Assembly: GCA_965218435.1 (NCBI GenBank)
Contig: CBDCKW010000005.1
Span: 256,001-320,000, forward strand
DNA: 64,000 bases
Direction of reading: 5' to 3'
Origin: Truepera sp.
GTDB lineage: Bacteria; Deinococcota; Deinococci; Deinococcales; Trueperaceae
In this document: positions 20,236 to 31,406 of the stretch, in pieces
Numbering within the stretch: position 1 is the stretch's first letter
Layout of the letters: each line of letters starts with the position of its first letter
Program-made: the position numbers and the translations under genes
Notes under the pieces: model-generated
Told to the model about the DNA's origin: nothing
Databases searched by the model: none
What the model saw: the letters and a program-made list of their open reading frames with translations, nothing else

Positions 20236-21228
20236 CTAATCTACCATACCCAATCGCGTCACATATTTACCCTCACCGCGACCATCAGCGAGCAACTGGT
20301 GGACGGTAGCTACACCGGTCAGCGAGCCTATCTCGGTTACGGGAATGTTGAGCTGGCCGGTAGCGATTAGGTCTAGGACGTGGCGGAGAGCTTCAGCGAC
20401 ACGCTGTGGGGCCGTACGGGTCAGGCTGCTGAGACTAAAACCGCCGACTGCCAAATTACTGCTGATGAGCCGTCCAACGGGTGGTAGTGAGGCAAGCTGC
20501 CCGCCGTTGGCATTGCCGAACAGTACAACGCGGCCACCAGGCGCAGCAACTGCCAAGTCAACGTCGAGCATACTGGTACCTAACGGGTCTAAAACGATGT
20601 CTACACCGCCGCCAACCACAGCACGTACTTTTTCGGTCAGGTCACTGTCACGAGCGAGTGCGACATCGTAGCCGTTCTTTTTCGCAGCATAGACTTTCTC
20701 GGGGTGGCCGACGGTTCCAATACGCAGCCCCCCACCCAAAATAGGCACCAGTTGAGCTACGGCGCTGCCCACGCCACCGCTAGCCGAATGTACTAACACG
20801 CTTTCGTTGGCACGTAGTCTGGCGACGTCGGTGAGCAGCAGCAAGGCCGTACTCAGCATGACCGGGGCAGCTGCTGCGACCCGTAATGGTACCCCGTGCG
20901 GCACCGGCACGGTCAGTGCTGCTCGGGCGAGTGCAACCTCAGCGAGTCCACCACCCATAGTAAATGCAGCTACCTGCTGGCCTACAATTAGATCGTTGAC
21001 ACCCATGCCTACCTTACGAACGGTACCAGCAACCTCTAAACCGGGCAGGTAAGGCCACGCGCACACATAGCCTGCATCACCCCGACGCGCCATCACGTCG
21101 ATGAAATTGATCCCGGCATAGATGACGTTGATACTCACCTCACCCTCGTTCGGGCAGGGCTCGTCGATCTCCTGCACCACTGTGAAGTCCGATCCTTGCG
21201 ACGGTGCGGTCATTACTAAAGCGTACAT
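20236..21228 (-). CDS. Quinone oxidoreductase / MDR superfamily
   Basis: GINFID, PGLEVAG, HSASGGVG. Confidence 0.9.
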   Translation of the reverse strand: MYALVMTAPSQGSDFTVVQEIDEPCPNEGEVSINVIYAGINFIDVMARRGDAGYVCAWPYLPGLEVAGTVRKVGMGVNDLIVGQQVAAFTMGGGLAEVALARAALTVPVPHGVPLRVAAAAPVMLSTALLLLTDVARLRANESVLVHSASGGVGSAVAQLVPILGGGLRIGTVGHPEKVYAAKKNGYDVALARDSDLTEKVRAVVGGGVDIVLDPLGTSMLDVDLAVAAPGGRVVLFGNANGGQLASLPPVGRLISSNLAVGGFSLSSLTRTAPQRVAEALRHVLDLIATGQLNIPVTEIGSLTGVATVHQLLADGRGEGKYVTRLGMVD

Positions 21229-21240
21229 AACAGTCCCCTT

Positions 21241-21295
21241 TTCGACATTCGTCGTACGACGAATATTATATCATAAACATACGACGAACGTCGAA
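21241..21295. promoter_or_regulatory. Operator palindromes in the divergent promoter
   Basis: TTCGACATTCGTCGTA...TACGACGAACGTCGAA (15/16 inverted match) with inner perfect ATTCGTCGTACGACGAAT. Confidence 0.65.
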
Positions 21296-21299
21296 GGAG

Positions 21300-21653
21300 A
21301 TGTACGTGATGCCTAGATCACAACGCCGCTACACGAGCTTGGCTCACCCGAAAGCAACTGATTTCGACCTGTTAGATATCCTGCACGCACTCGCCGACCC
21401 CACCCGCATGATCATCGTCCAAACCTTACTTTCCGACCCGGAGCGAGCGTGTGGCACCTTTAACGTAGAGGTTGCGCCTTCTACGCTCTCTCATCATTTT
21501 CGGGTGCTTCGTGAAGCCGGGGTTATTCATCAGCGCGAGGAAGGTAACCGCCGGTGGACGACTCTTCGCCTCGAGGACCTTAAAACTCGTTTTCCCGGTC
21601 TCCTCGACGCTATTATTGCGGCCTACAACTACCAAACTGAACCGCCTTCATAG
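21300..21653 (+). CDS. ArsR family regulator
   Basis: LHALADPTR...STLSHHFRVLREAG...RFPGLLD. Confidence 0.9.
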   Translation: MYVMPRSQRRYTSLAHPKATDFDLLDILHALADPTRMIIVQTLLSDPERACGTFNVEVAPSTLSHHFRVLREAGVIHQREEGNRRWTTLRLEDLKTRFPGLLDAIIAAYNYQTEPPS

Positions 21654-22133
21654 TCATCATATCGCCTCAAATTCCATTCTAAAAGCCGTGTCGCATTACC
21701 GCGACTTTATTCTGGTCTTATAACGACGATGTTGTGCGTGAAACCGGCCCAATGCACGCATAAGCAGCTCTGTTTACCCACATCCTCCATCGTCGTTGCC
21801 TTTACCTGGGGTTAAGTTCAACCACTTTAACGTGAACTGCTATCAAATCGGGTACATTAAATCTGTTATTGTGCTCTTTCAGGCGAAAATCGTCGGGCGT
21901 TCTATTCGGGCCTTCCGGCGGACAACGCAACGTGGGCGAGGGGACGCGGCTGGGCGTTGTGGAAGGCGCTCATTACCCTCGCCCAACGTCTCGACACCTA
22001 TCCTCAAGAAGCTGTCAAGGCCCGGTACGTGATTGATGAAGTGCTGGCTGATCCTATTGCTTGATAACGCCGAACAGTTCGGAGAACTTTTCATGATCAC
22101 GCTTCTTGGAATAGAGCCCATAACCATCAGCAC

Positions 22134-23075
22134 TTACGCCGAAAAGATGCGCATCAGGTGATGGGCCATCGTCTCAGGTGCGGCATCACGCAGGTAGTCA
22201 GGCCAATAGAGCAAACGTGTACGCCTCTCGGACTCGTTCATCGAAAACTTGATGGCATCCTCATTCACGCTCTCAACGCCCGATGCTTCAAGGGCACTGC
22301 AATAGGTTGCGATAACGGCGTCTTGAGCAATGTCCGCTCCATTAGCCTCAGCCCGTTGTATTAAAAACGTTAGGTCGCTTGGACCATATCCAATTCGCAC
22401 CTCTTGCCAGTCTGCCCAAAGCAAACGACCCTCCCCATCGCGCAGCAGGTTGTCGAGATGACAATCTCCGTGGCACAAGGTCATTGTCGTGTCTGGGCCG
22501 TAGTCTGGTTCTGTCCTGACCTCCACTAAAGCCGACTCGATTTCACCCAAGGTCGCGTCGGTCAAGACTTCACGAAGTTGTGGTTGCTGTGCCAGAGCCT
22601 GCCAGGTTTCATAGGCGTGTCGCGCATCCTTGGTAAGGTCTGACGGCTTCGGCTTTTCCAGCCACGATAAGTTATCAAGCTGGTCGGTGTGGTTCCAGTA
22701 CACAGCATGAAAACTCGCCAACTCTCTGGCGATTTCGGTGAACTCAGCCCCCTTCAGTTCACTTGCAGGCTTCATAGGCGTATATGCTGCGAGCAAAAGC
22801 GCACAAGAACCAGATTCTTCTATCAGACTCCCTAAGACGCGCGGGGTGTGGAGCGGTATACGCGCTGCCAACTCGTCGTAAAAGTAAATCTCACGGCAGC
22901 CTCGAGCCCGCACGTAAGCTGCACTGTCGGCAGCAATCACTTTCAACACACACAGCTCAGTGAGTCCGTGAACCCGGTAAGTTGCTGCCCCGGACACGCC
23001 ACCACTCAACAACTCCAGGTCAGCAGACAACGCCTCTTCAATTTGCAAACGCCGGGTTTTCTCTCCGGTGTCCAT
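22134..23075 (-). CDS. APH/choline kinase-like phosphotransferase
   Basis: GGVSGA, HGDCHLDN, ADWQ. Confidence 0.85.
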   Translation of the reverse strand: MDTGEKTRRLQIEEALSADLELLSGGVSGAATYRVHGLTELCVLKVIAADSAAYVRARGCREIYFYDELAARIPLHTPRVLGSLIEESGSCALLLAAYTPMKPASELKGAEFTEIARELASFHAVYWNHTDQLDNLSWLEKPKPSDLTKDARHAYETWQALAQQPQLREVLTDATLGEIESALVEVRTEPDYGPDTTMTLCHGDCHLDNLLRDGEGRLLWADWQEVRIGYGPSDLTFLIQRAEANGADIAQDAVIATYCSALEASGVESVNEDAIKFSMNESERRTRLLYWPDYLRDAAPETMAHHLMRIFSA

Positions 23076-23193
23076 GCTTGCGCCAATTTAGCAAAAGGTA
23101 TCTTGCCTGTATTGACACAAAAAATATCGCCACAATCTCGCAACCACTCAACACACCACCTTAGCCAAACCTCGCTATTACGGCAGGCGGCGG

Positions 23194-23478
23194 TTGAATC
23201 ACATGCCTAAGTTCGTGGCTTCGACGACCCTTCAAGAAACCGAGTGGAAAGCAACCCTAATAGAGAGTGAGGTTGCCGAAGGCGTCTCTAAGCCAAAAGA
23301 ATCCCAGAACCTTCTAATCTACGGTAGTGCCAAGCTGGTGCAGTCACTCATGCAGCATGGCCTTATCGACGTGTACCGGCTGATGGTGCATACAGTTGTT
23401 CTCGGGCAGAGGCTTCGTCTTTTTGTCGAGAAGAGTACAACGACGGGCTTTGCACAGAAAGTCCACAAAGAGTTATAA
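23194..23478 (+). pseudogene. DHFR/RibD-C C-terminal remnant
   Basis: MPKFVASTTL...YGSAKLVQSL..GLID.YRL. Confidence 0.75.
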
Positions 23479-23591
23479 ATGAGGGGTGCGCGCATCATCT
23501 CAGCGTGGTCGTACTAGGCTCAACGCTGCCTGGAACATCATCTTTAGACTGCACGTTTTGTAACTGCTACTTAGCCGATGGTTTATCCTCT

Positions 23592-24848
23592 TTATGCCGG
23601 TAGTTTGACGATAAACCGTGCACCGCCCTCCTCACAGTTGGCAACTGCGACCGTCCCACCATGCAGTTCAACCAACGTCTTGACGATGGCCAAACCCAAA
23701 CCACTACCCCCCGTCAATCGGTTGCGGCTGGCTTCAACGCGGTAAAAGCGGTCGAAGATGTGCGCGAGAGCTTCTTCGGGAATACCCGGACCGCTGTCCT
23801 CGACCGTCCAGTTGGTGCCTCCACCGTAGGCGTTCATAGTCACGCTTATCCGACCCCTCTTGGGCGTGTGCTGGAGGGCATTACTCAGCAGATTATGAAG
23901 AACTTGGCGTATACGAACGGCGTCAACGACGCCCCAAATTTCGGTATCGACATGGTTATAAACAATTAAAATCTCGGTGTCTCTGGCCTCGATCTCTAAA
24001 CTTTGGAGCACGCTCTGCGTCAGGACGACGAGTTCAGTCGGCTGCCGGTTGAACTTCAAGCGACCTACCTCGGCCAGCGAGAGAAGGCGCAGATCATCGA
24101 CCAGCCGGGAGAGAAGGTCAACTTCTTGAACGAGCGACGCGACCTCGTCTCGGTCGGGCCGCAAGATACCGTCTTGAAACGCATCGAGTTGGGCTTGCAA
24201 GATTGAGAGTGGCGTGCGTAACTCATGGGCGATATCGGCGATCAGCTGCCGGCGTTCATCCTCGAGCCGCGCCAATGTTTCCGCCATCGTATTGAAACGC
24301 TTGGCTAGCAGGGTAAGTTCATCTTCGGCGCGTTCAGACCGTTTTGGTAAGCGCACCCTGGCACTCAGGTCACCGCGGGTCACACGGTCGGCGGCGGCGG
24401 CAACTGCGGCTATCGGCCTCGCTACACGCCACGACAGCCACACGGTTAGGGCCGCTACCGGTAGGGCAATCCACAAGACCAGAAAGAGTGGAGAAAACCA
24501 GCTGTTAGGCCGGTGAGCCTCGAGCAAGAGGTTGGTTATGGCGCTCAAATCATCTGGTGCTACACCGTGCCCGAGTCGTTCGGTGATCCGCGACGCGAGT
24601 TGGTCGCGCTGCTGCGCTTCGCTGAGAGTTAAGTTATCGAGGATGGCGCGTGTTTCCCTACCGAACGCCGTATCCGACCTTGCTAAAGCCCGCTCGTAGT
24701 GCTGACGTTGTGCCCTTGGCATCGGCCAGGTCGGGGTCAGCGTTTGAAAGGCAAGCACCAGCAAGCTCTCGAAAACGACGACGACCACAACGATAACAAA
24801 GCTCAACCGTACGGCTAGACGTTTACTAAACGGCACTTTCGTTGTCAT
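23592..24848 (-). CDS. Sensor histidine kinase (BaeS-like)
   Basis: Two TMs, HAMP, AHELRTPL, N/G1/F/G2 boxes. Confidence 0.95.
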   Translation of the reverse strand: MTTKVPFSKRLAVRLSFVIVVVVVVFESLLVLAFQTLTPTWPMPRAQRQHYERALARSDTAFGRETRAILDNLTLSEAQQRDQLASRITERLGHGVAPDDLSAITNLLLEAHRPNSWFSPLFLVLWIALPVAALTVWLSWRVARPIAAVAAAADRVTRGDLSARVRLPKRSERAEDELTLLAKRFNTMAETLARLEDERRQLIADIAHELRTPLSILQAQLDAFQDGILRPDRDEVASLVQEVDLLSRLVDDLRLLSLAEVGRLKFNRQPTELVVLTQSVLQSLEIEARDTEILIVYNHVDTEIWGVVDAVRIRQVLHNLLSNALQHTPKRGRISVTMNAYGGGTNWTVEDSGPGIPEEALAHIFDRFYRVEASRNRLTGGSGLGLAIVKTLVELHGGTVAVANCEEGGARFIVKLPA

Positions 24849-25525
24849 GACGGCGCTTTCAGCCGGTAACCGACACCACGGACATTCTGGAGGATACCGG
24901 TTAACCCACCCTGCGCGAGTTTGCGCCGCAAATTGGTGATATGCGAGTCCACGGTACGCTCGAGGGCGTCGCTTTCGGGATTGGCCGCCTCGAGCAGCTC
25001 CGAGCGGCTATAAATGCGTCCAGGGTAGCGGGCGAGCTGATAGAGGATGCGAAACTCAACCGGCGTCGGCTCCAGGTCACCCTCCCCTACCGTAGCCGAA
25101 AGTTTGAGCGGATCGAGGTGCAAGGGGCCGAGCTGCAGCGGGGCGTCGCGGCGGTCGGGTGGCGTGGCGGGGCGGCGGAGTACCGCCCTGATCCTGGCTA
25201 AGACCTCCCTGGGCCGGAACGGTTTGGGGATGTAGTCGTCAGCCCCCAGCTCGAGCCCCAATACCGTATCGATCTCCTCGACGCGGGCGGTCAGCATGAT
25301 CACTGGTGTGCTGCCTGCGGCCCGGATGGTTTTAAGCACCTCGAGGCCGCTGAGTTCAGGGAGCAAGATATCGAGCAAAACCAAATCTGGACGGTACACA
25401 CGGAATACTTCCAACGCGCGCACCCCGTTCTCGGCCCGCTCGGTTTGAAAGCCCGCCTCGCGCAGGTACGCCTCGAGGATACGGGCGAGCTTCCATTCAT
25501 CTTCAACGATCAAAATACGGGCCAC
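24845..25525 (-). CDS. OmpR-family response regulator (BaeR-like)
   Basis: VEDE, LLDIL, GADDYI.KPF, wHTH VRGVGY. Confidence 0.95.
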   Translation of the reverse strand: MARILIVEDEWKLARILEAYLREAGFQTERAENGVRALEVFRVYRPDLVLLDILLPELSGLEVLKTIRAAGSTPVIMLTARVEEIDTVLGLELGADDYIPKPFRPREVLARIRAVLRRPATPPDRRDAPLQLGPLHLDPLKLSATVGEGDLEPTPVEFRILYQLARYPGRIYSRSELLEAANPESDALERTVDSHITNLRRKLAQGGLTGILQNVRGVGYRLKAPS

Positions 25526-25663
25526 GAGTTCTTGCTTGCTCCTTTACCCACCTATCGTAGCGAAACTTCGTTGAGCGTGCGGCGAGGTATCTTCACACTC
25601 GCTCAACACACGCTTGGAAAATGCTCAACCGTTCTCTGTCACGCTGCAAGGCAAGGAGGACGT

Positions 25664-26314
25664 ATGGCATCTGCAACATCTGTCACGCTTCAAACCCACG
25701 CGTCGCTAAGCCGCCAGTACGACGACGCTGCCCCAAACTGGCAAACGAAGATTCGGCGGTTACGTTATGACCAAGCCTACAAGGACACCCTAGAGCGGGT
25801 GAATTACCTGGGTCTCGAACCGGGTGCCCATGTTTTAGATGCTGGGATAGGGGGCGGGGCGCTGAGCCTCGCGCTTGTAAGTGGGCTGGGCACCCTTCAC
25901 GTGACAGGCGTCGATGTCGCGCCGAAGATGCTGGTCGAGGCCAGCCATACCCTAGCGGGTGCGGTCGCAAGCTACGACTCCTATTGTGCTGATGTACGCG
26001 CACTGCAGCTCCCGGACAGCGTTTTCGACGGGGTCGTCAGCGCGCATCTGCTCGAGCATTTTGCTGATCCAGCGGCTGCCTTGGGAGAACTCTACCGCGT
26101 TTTGCGACCCGGTGCACCACTCTTTGTCATGGTGACCCGGCAGGGACTCGGGGGACGGTGGATCAAGCGCAGATGGCCTATCTACCTACTGACGCCACGC
26201 ACGTTGAGGCAAACTCTTGAGCAAGCAGGCTTTCATAAGATTGAGCAGGTTCCGGTTCAAGGACCCCTCTGGTGCCGCCATTTAAGTCTGGCATTCCTCG
26301 CTTGGAAAGTATGA
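25664..26314 (+). CDS. Class I SAM-dependent methyltransferase
   Basis: VLDAGIGGG, LRPGA; AAGGAGG RBS. Confidence 0.85.
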   Translation: MASATSVTLQTHASLSRQYDDAAPNWQTKIRRLRYDQAYKDTLERVNYLGLEPGAHVLDAGIGGGALSLALVSGLGTLHVTGVDVAPKMLVEASHTLAGAVASYDSYCADVRALQLPDSVFDGVVSAHLLEHFADPAAALGELYRVLRPGAPLFVMVTRQGLGGRWIKRRWPIYLLTPRTLRQTLEQAGFHKIEQVPVQGPLWCRHLSLAFLAWKV

Positions 26315-26790
26315 AGGTCTCGGTGACGGTCATCTTCTGGCGCTTTCTTGCCTTGACACTGACCGCCTTAACGATGGGACTCACCTTTGCCCACGCGCTC
26401 GAGGCACTTCCCAAACTGCGCTGGAATGGGGAGCTCTACCTCTCGGTGCAGACCAACCTCTACTACCTTTTCGGCAACGTCGGCGCAGCAACCGAAGTTG
26501 GAGCCATCGTAGCTGCGTTCGTCCTTACGGCTCTTGTTCGGGATCGAGGTAGGGTCTTCGGCTGGACACTAGCAGGTGCGCTTATCTTTTTGAGTTCCTT
26601 GGTCGTGTGGTTTTTATTCGTTGCCCCCGTCAACGCTCAAACGGGTGCTTGGCAGCAAGCGAGGGCTGTTCCTGCCGACTGGAAAAACTGGCGTAACCAA
26701 TGGGAGGTAGCTCAGACGACGTGTTTTGTGCTGCACCTGTTCGGTTTCGGGGCACTGCTGCGTTCGGTTTTACTCGAGACACCCTCATGA
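26311..26790 (+). CDS. DUF1772/anthrone oxygenase-like membrane protein
   Basis: FAHALE..PK...PVN...W...R.QWE; ATGA coupling. Confidence 0.75.
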   Translation: MKVSVTVIFWRFLALTLTALTMGLTFAHALEALPKLRWNGELYLSVQTNLYYLFGNVGAATEVGAIVAAFVLTALVRDRGRVFGWTLAGALIFLSSLVVWFLFVAPVNAQTGAWQQARAVPADWKNWRNQWEVAQTTCFVLHLFGFGALLRSVLLETPS

Positions 26791-27854
26791 AACGCTTTTG
26801 GCAGGTTGTCCTGAGTCTTTTTGCGTTTACAGTCATATCTATCGTCGTGACGAGTTGTGCGCCTGTTTACACCCAGGCTTTTCGTGATGCCAAGGGCAAG
26901 CTTGTCCCGAAGAGTGTAGCGGTGATAGAGCAGATTCGTATTAACGGCGTTAACCAGAGCTTGTGGTTCCGTGGTGTAAATATCGATAATCTCGCTCTCA
27001 TCCTGCTGCACGGCGGGCCGGGAACCAGTGAGTCGGCGCTCTTTCGCCACTATAACAGCGAGCTGGAAAAGCACTTCTTGGTGGTGTACTGGGAACAGCG
27101 CGGGGCAGGACGCTCATATCATCCCCCCCCTGCGTCGATGACCGTCCGGCAGTTCGTCGCTGATTTGCACGAGGTCGTCAAGCTGGTCAAGCGGCGTTTT
27201 GGTAAGGATAAAGTTGTGCTGCTCGGGCACTCGTGGGGCACGGTGATCGGCACGCTTTACGCTTCCGAGTATCCGGAAGACGTGGCTGCATATGTCGGCG
27301 TGGGTCAGATTGCCGACGTCGCTGAGGGTGAAAAGTTGTCCTACCGGTTTGCCCTTGATGAGGCTATTCGTAGGCATGACCAGGCCGCGTTTCGGGAGCT
27401 TAGATGGATGGGTCTGCCGCCCCACACCGTCGCTGAGCTGTTAGCGAAGGGCCGCTGGGTCGAGCGGTTCGGCGGCGATTTCCACGCCGACATGGATACC
27501 GGCAGCCTGATCTGGGCTGCGCTTTCGGCTGATGAAACGAACCTCGCCGACCTGATTAAATTCGGTCAGGGGAACGCGTTTTCGCTCGAGTATCTGTGGC
27601 CTGAGTTCTCTCACGTTGCACTCGACGACCACGTTCTAAATTTTAAGGTGCCGGTGTTTTTCCTCGAGGGACGCCACGACTGGAATGTCCCTGCCGTACT
27701 CGCCGAGCGGTACTTTCAGAAACTTCACGCACCCTACAAGAAGCTTATCTGGTTTAGCGGGTCGGCGCATAACCCGCCCTTCGAGGAGCCTGACGTTTTC
27801 GATAAAGTTTTGATTCAAGAGATATTACCGGTAGTAATGAGCCAGGTTGAGTAG
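26787..27854 (+). CDS. Exported alpha/beta hydrolase (proline iminopeptidase-like)
   Basis: HGGPG, EQRGAG, GHSWG, SAH; signal-like N-terminus with Cys. Confidence 0.85.
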   Translation: MKRFWQVVLSLFAFTVISIVVTSCAPVYTQAFRDAKGKLVPKSVAVIEQIRINGVNQSLWFRGVNIDNLALILLHGGPGTSESALFRHYNSELEKHFLVVYWEQRGAGRSYHPPPASMTVRQFVADLHEVVKLVKRRFGKDKVVLLGHSWGTVIGTLYASEYPEDVAAYVGVGQIADVAEGEKLSYRFALDEAIRRHDQAAFRELRWMGLPPHTVAELLAKGRWVERFGGDFHADMDTGSLIWAALSADETNLADLIKFGQGNAFSLEYLWPEFSHVALDDHVLNFKVPVFFLEGRHDWNVPAVLAERYFQKLHAPYKKLIWFSGSAHNPPFEEPDVFDKVLIQEILPVVMSQVE

Positions 27855-28119
27855 ACGTTCCGCTGGGACAAGAAGTAGTTTGCTGCCCACCGCCAAGCGT
27901 TAGCTCGTCATTTTGAGGAGCGTCGAGCCATGACGGAGAGTGTTACGGGCAAATTTATACTGCCTAACTCCTTGACGTAAGAAATGACGAAATAAGGTTC
28001 GTTTAGGCTCTTAGCGCGTTCCAGTTAACCGCCTATGCTGCAAATGGGCTGGAAGCACGCGCAAATGCTACGTTGCTTAACACTACTTTGAAACGGCAAG
28101 GCTCAGGGCGTCAGCAACC

Positions 28120-28983
28120 TCAAGGAACCGACTTCTCTAAAAAGTCCCGAATAGCTTGGGTGATCTGCTCCTTTGCCTCTTCTTGGAGAAAATGACCCGC
28201 GTCAAGCTCTGACGTTTCGGGATTCTCGAACATCGTTTGCCAGCGAGTTAAGAAACTCGGGGGCACCAGCTTGTCTTTCATCCCCCAAAGTAGCAGGGCC
28301 GGTTTATCTGCTATCGCCACTCGCTTGTCCCACAATGTCTCAAACCACCCGTTAGACTCGGCTATCGTCGCGACAAGTTCGTAGAGTGCTTTACGGCTTT
28401 GCGGGGTTGGAAACGGCCCCCGGTAATGCTTCAGCAGCTCACCCGTTAAAACTGTTCGGTCTGCAAACCCCAGCCGTAAGAGTACGTTGACCGAAAAGTT
28501 CAACCGGGTGTAGAGAAACCTGCCGAACGGGTTGCTGAGTACTCTACCCGCTCTTTCGAGCGACGCGTTAGGCCACAGCCAAGTATTCATCACCACGAGT
28601 GCCCGAACGTTTTCAGGATGCTCGAGCGCGTAAGAGAGACCGATGGGGCCGCCGAAGTCGTGGACGACCAGCACAATATCTTTAAGCTCGAGCTTGTCAA
28701 TAAGTCGCCCCAAATTCTCTGCGTGTGCTACTGGGGTATAAGCAAACGCTTCGGGTTTATCTGAAAGACCGAAACCGAGCTGATCCGGTGCAACGCAGCG
28801 ATAACTATCAGCTAAGCCTCGGACGAGGTGGCGGTACAAAAATGACCAGCTCGGCGTACCGTGAACCATTACGATAGGTACACCTTCACCTTCGTCTAGG
28901 TAATGCATACGACCTGATTCAACCTCGAGGTAGTTTCCTGCAAAAGGATAGAATGCCGGGTTAAGCCATATAGGTCGGGTCAT
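28120..28983 (-). CDS. Haloalkane dehalogenase-like hydrolase
   Basis: HGTPSWS.LYR, HDFGG, AGHFLQE. Confidence 0.85.
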   Translation of the reverse strand: MTRPIWLNPAFYPFAGNYLEVESGRMHYLDEGEGVPIVMVHGTPSWSFLYRHLVRGLADSYRCVAPDQLGFGLSDKPEAFAYTPVAHAENLGRLIDKLELKDIVLVVHDFGGPIGLSYALEHPENVRALVVMNTWLWPNASLERAGRVLSNPFGRFLYTRLNFSVNVLLRLGFADRTVLTGELLKHYRGPFPTPQSRKALYELVATIAESNGWFETLWDKRVAIADKPALLLWGMKDKLVPPSFLTRWQTMFENPETSELDAGHFLQEEAKEQITQAIRDFLEKSVP

Positions 28984-29549
28984 GAGGAAACCTCCTGATA
29001 TTTGCCGAGCAGCGCTCCCAGAACACGTTCAAACGGGTAGTCGGGCTCGAGCATCGCGTGCTGACAAATACCGTCGATAGCGGCAAAAAGTAGGCGCGAT
29101 TCCGTCTCGGGGTGAGCTACGTTTAAGTTCTGACATATCTGCTCTAACTGCTCGCGGATGCTCTTGATACCCGAATAGATAACAGAACCTAATGCTTGAA
29201 CAGCTGACGGTTGAAAGCGCAAAGTATAAAAGAGCCGCCAGAAGTCACGATTTGCTTGCATGAGGTCGAACGTTTTACGCAGTAGCAGTTCTAAACGCCC
29301 TACACCATCAACTGCTGCGTCAAGCTCGAGGGTAGAGCGCACGTCTTGCATACTTTTTTCAAATAGCGCCAACAAGAGGGCTTCTTTATTCTCGAAGTGG
29401 ACATAGAGCAGCCCTTGAGAAACGCCTGCGCGTTGGGCAATCGCTTTAACACTGGTTCCGGCGTACCCGTACTCGGCAAAGAGTTCTAGAGCACTCTTCA
29501 GGAGCCGTTCTTGCCGAGTTAAATCTCCTTCTACATTTGCGATAGCCAT
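28980..29549 (-). CDS. TetR/AcrR family regulator
   Basis: GYAGTSVKAIAQRAGVSQGLLYVHF.NKE. Confidence 0.95.
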   Translation of the reverse strand: MAIANVEGDLTRQERLLKSALELFAEYGYAGTSVKAIAQRAGVSQGLLYVHFENKEALLLALFEKSMQDVRSTLELDAAVDGVGRLELLLRKTFDLMQANRDFWRLFYTLRFQPSAVQALGSVIYSGIKSIREQLEQICQNLNVAHPETESRLLFAAIDGICQHAMLEPDYPFERVLGALLGKYQEVSS

Positions 29550-29555
29550 ACTCTT

Positions 29556-29580
29556 ATTATAGTGAATGTTCGTTCATTCA
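29556..29580 (-). promoter_or_regulatory. TetR operator next to a -10, probably leaderless
   Basis: TGAATG-N6-CATTCA 29563-29580; TATAAT (minus strand) 6 nt before the ATG. Confidence 0.7.
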
Positions 29581-29899
29581 TGAAATGACAAATGTCCTGG
29601 AGGAGTTTTAGGCCGTTATGCTATGATTGAGCGCAAGGAACGCAGTGGTGGCGGGACGATGAGCAAATGATGTCCATCAAACTTAGGTGACTCAAGTATC
29701 TTGTTACCAAACTAATGTACGTAGTGCTGTTACCCAATCGCGATGACGCATATTTCACGCCTGCGGGCTGCTTAGCGTTAATGGCTGCAAATATTGTTTC
29801 GACGGCAGCCTCGAGCTGCTCCCGAGCAGGTAAAGATGTGGGTGCATTCGCCGCACGGTGACGGAGACGGGTACGCCCCACCGGTAACGCGTCACCGGC

Positions 29900-31365
29900 G
29901 TGCCGGGAACGAGCTTACAGGTGGCATTACCCTCGGGCGTCGAGGCGGTTGTCGCGTTGCCCTTTCCCCATGAAGTAGCTCGCCTAACGCTCGGCGGCCA
30001 ATTGCGGACGAGTCTGGCACTTACGCTCTATGAAGACGACAGCGACCTAGCTTATGCTGCTGAAACAGTTGAACGCGAAAAGGGGGCTGCTCCTGGTACG
30101 ACCGGAGGCACAGCTGCCGACGACCGTGCGCTGCACCTCGCAGTCGTCGCGCTCGCTTGGAACCACTACCGCTACTTTTTTCCTTACTTTGATCAGATCG
30201 ACACGGACTGGGACGCGTTACTTCCCGAGGCCATAACCCTTGCGGCACAAGACGATCCGGTCTCCTTTACGGCTACGTTCCGCTGGTTGAACGCCCAACT
30301 CCGTGACGCACACAGCTTTAGCTACCTCAAAGACGAACGGGCGCAACGCGACTTCCGTCCCCCATTCCGGTGGCGCACGGTCGGGGCCAGTTGACGGTCG
30401 TTCATACCGACGAGGTGGGTTCCTTGACGGTCGGCGACGTCGTGACCAAAGTTGGCGGTCTGCCAAGCGGGGAGGTGCTCGAGCGTGAAATCGCGCTGCT
30501 CTCACAAACGGGCGACTTGGCTCAGCGCTACGCCGAAAACATCGTCCTCTCCGGCGCTGAGAACAGCCCCCTCGAGCTCGAAGTCGCGTCTGCTAACGGC
30601 GAAGTTCGGCCTATAGCCGTGCGGCGGAGCGTGGACCGGCGGGGGCGTAAGGGCGTGCCGACGGACAACCGCCCCGCCTCGCCCGTCGCGCGGCTTGGAG
30701 ACGGCGTCGTCTACTTCGACTTCACCCGCTTGGACGACACCACCGATGTTTACACCGGGGAGGCGGCCATACACGATCTCGCGGCGCTCGTGACGCTGCT
30801 CGCGGGCGCGGAGGGCCTTGTCTTCGATATGCGGGGTTACCCCGGCTGGACCTTACCCATTGAACTGTTCGGTCATCTGACCGACAAACCGCTGCGGACC
30901 GCGCCCCTGTACATGCCCGTGGTAACCCGGCCAGATACCCCGGTGGCGCTTGTTGACGTGACCTATGAATGAGCGCAACCCCAAGCACCCCGCTTTACCG
31001 ATAAGGTAGTGTTCCTCATTGATAGTCTAGCTCTAAGCCGGGCCAAGCATATTCTTGCGATGGTCGAGGGCTACGGGCTCGGCGAACTGCTAGGTACGAC
31101 GACAGCAGGTGCGAACGGCACTTACGCGGGCGTCACCTTTTACGGCCGTTACGCCTCGAGTTGGACGAGTCTTCAGGCGAACCGCTTTGGTGACAAGCAG
31201 CTTTTCGCTAAAGGCATTCCGCCGACGATCCCAGTCGAGCGTACCTTAGCAGGTGTCCGCGTAGGGCGTGACGAACAGCTCGAGCGGGCTTTTAATCACC
31301 TTTCGGGCAGGCCCGCCGCCGCTATGCGGGTTGAGGTTCTAGACTTGCCGGGGGCACCGGTTTGA
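29900..31365 (+). pseudogene. S41 family peptidase fragments
   Basis: WN.YRYFFPY, FDMRGYP, G.TTAGANG...GIPP; broken across three ORFs, no 5' end. Confidence 0.75.
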
Positions 31366-31371
31366 CTACAG

Positions 31372-31406
31372 CCGACCCCTCTGTCAAAAGACGGGTCGCT
31401 TTTCTG
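31372..31406 (+). terminator. Probable intrinsic terminator
   Basis: CGACCC...GGGTCG stem followed by CTTTTCT. Confidence 0.5.

Noticed and set aside
1..29600. Integron cassette array
   Set aside because: No repeated attC-like spacers or intI seen; genes have their own promoters and operon coupling
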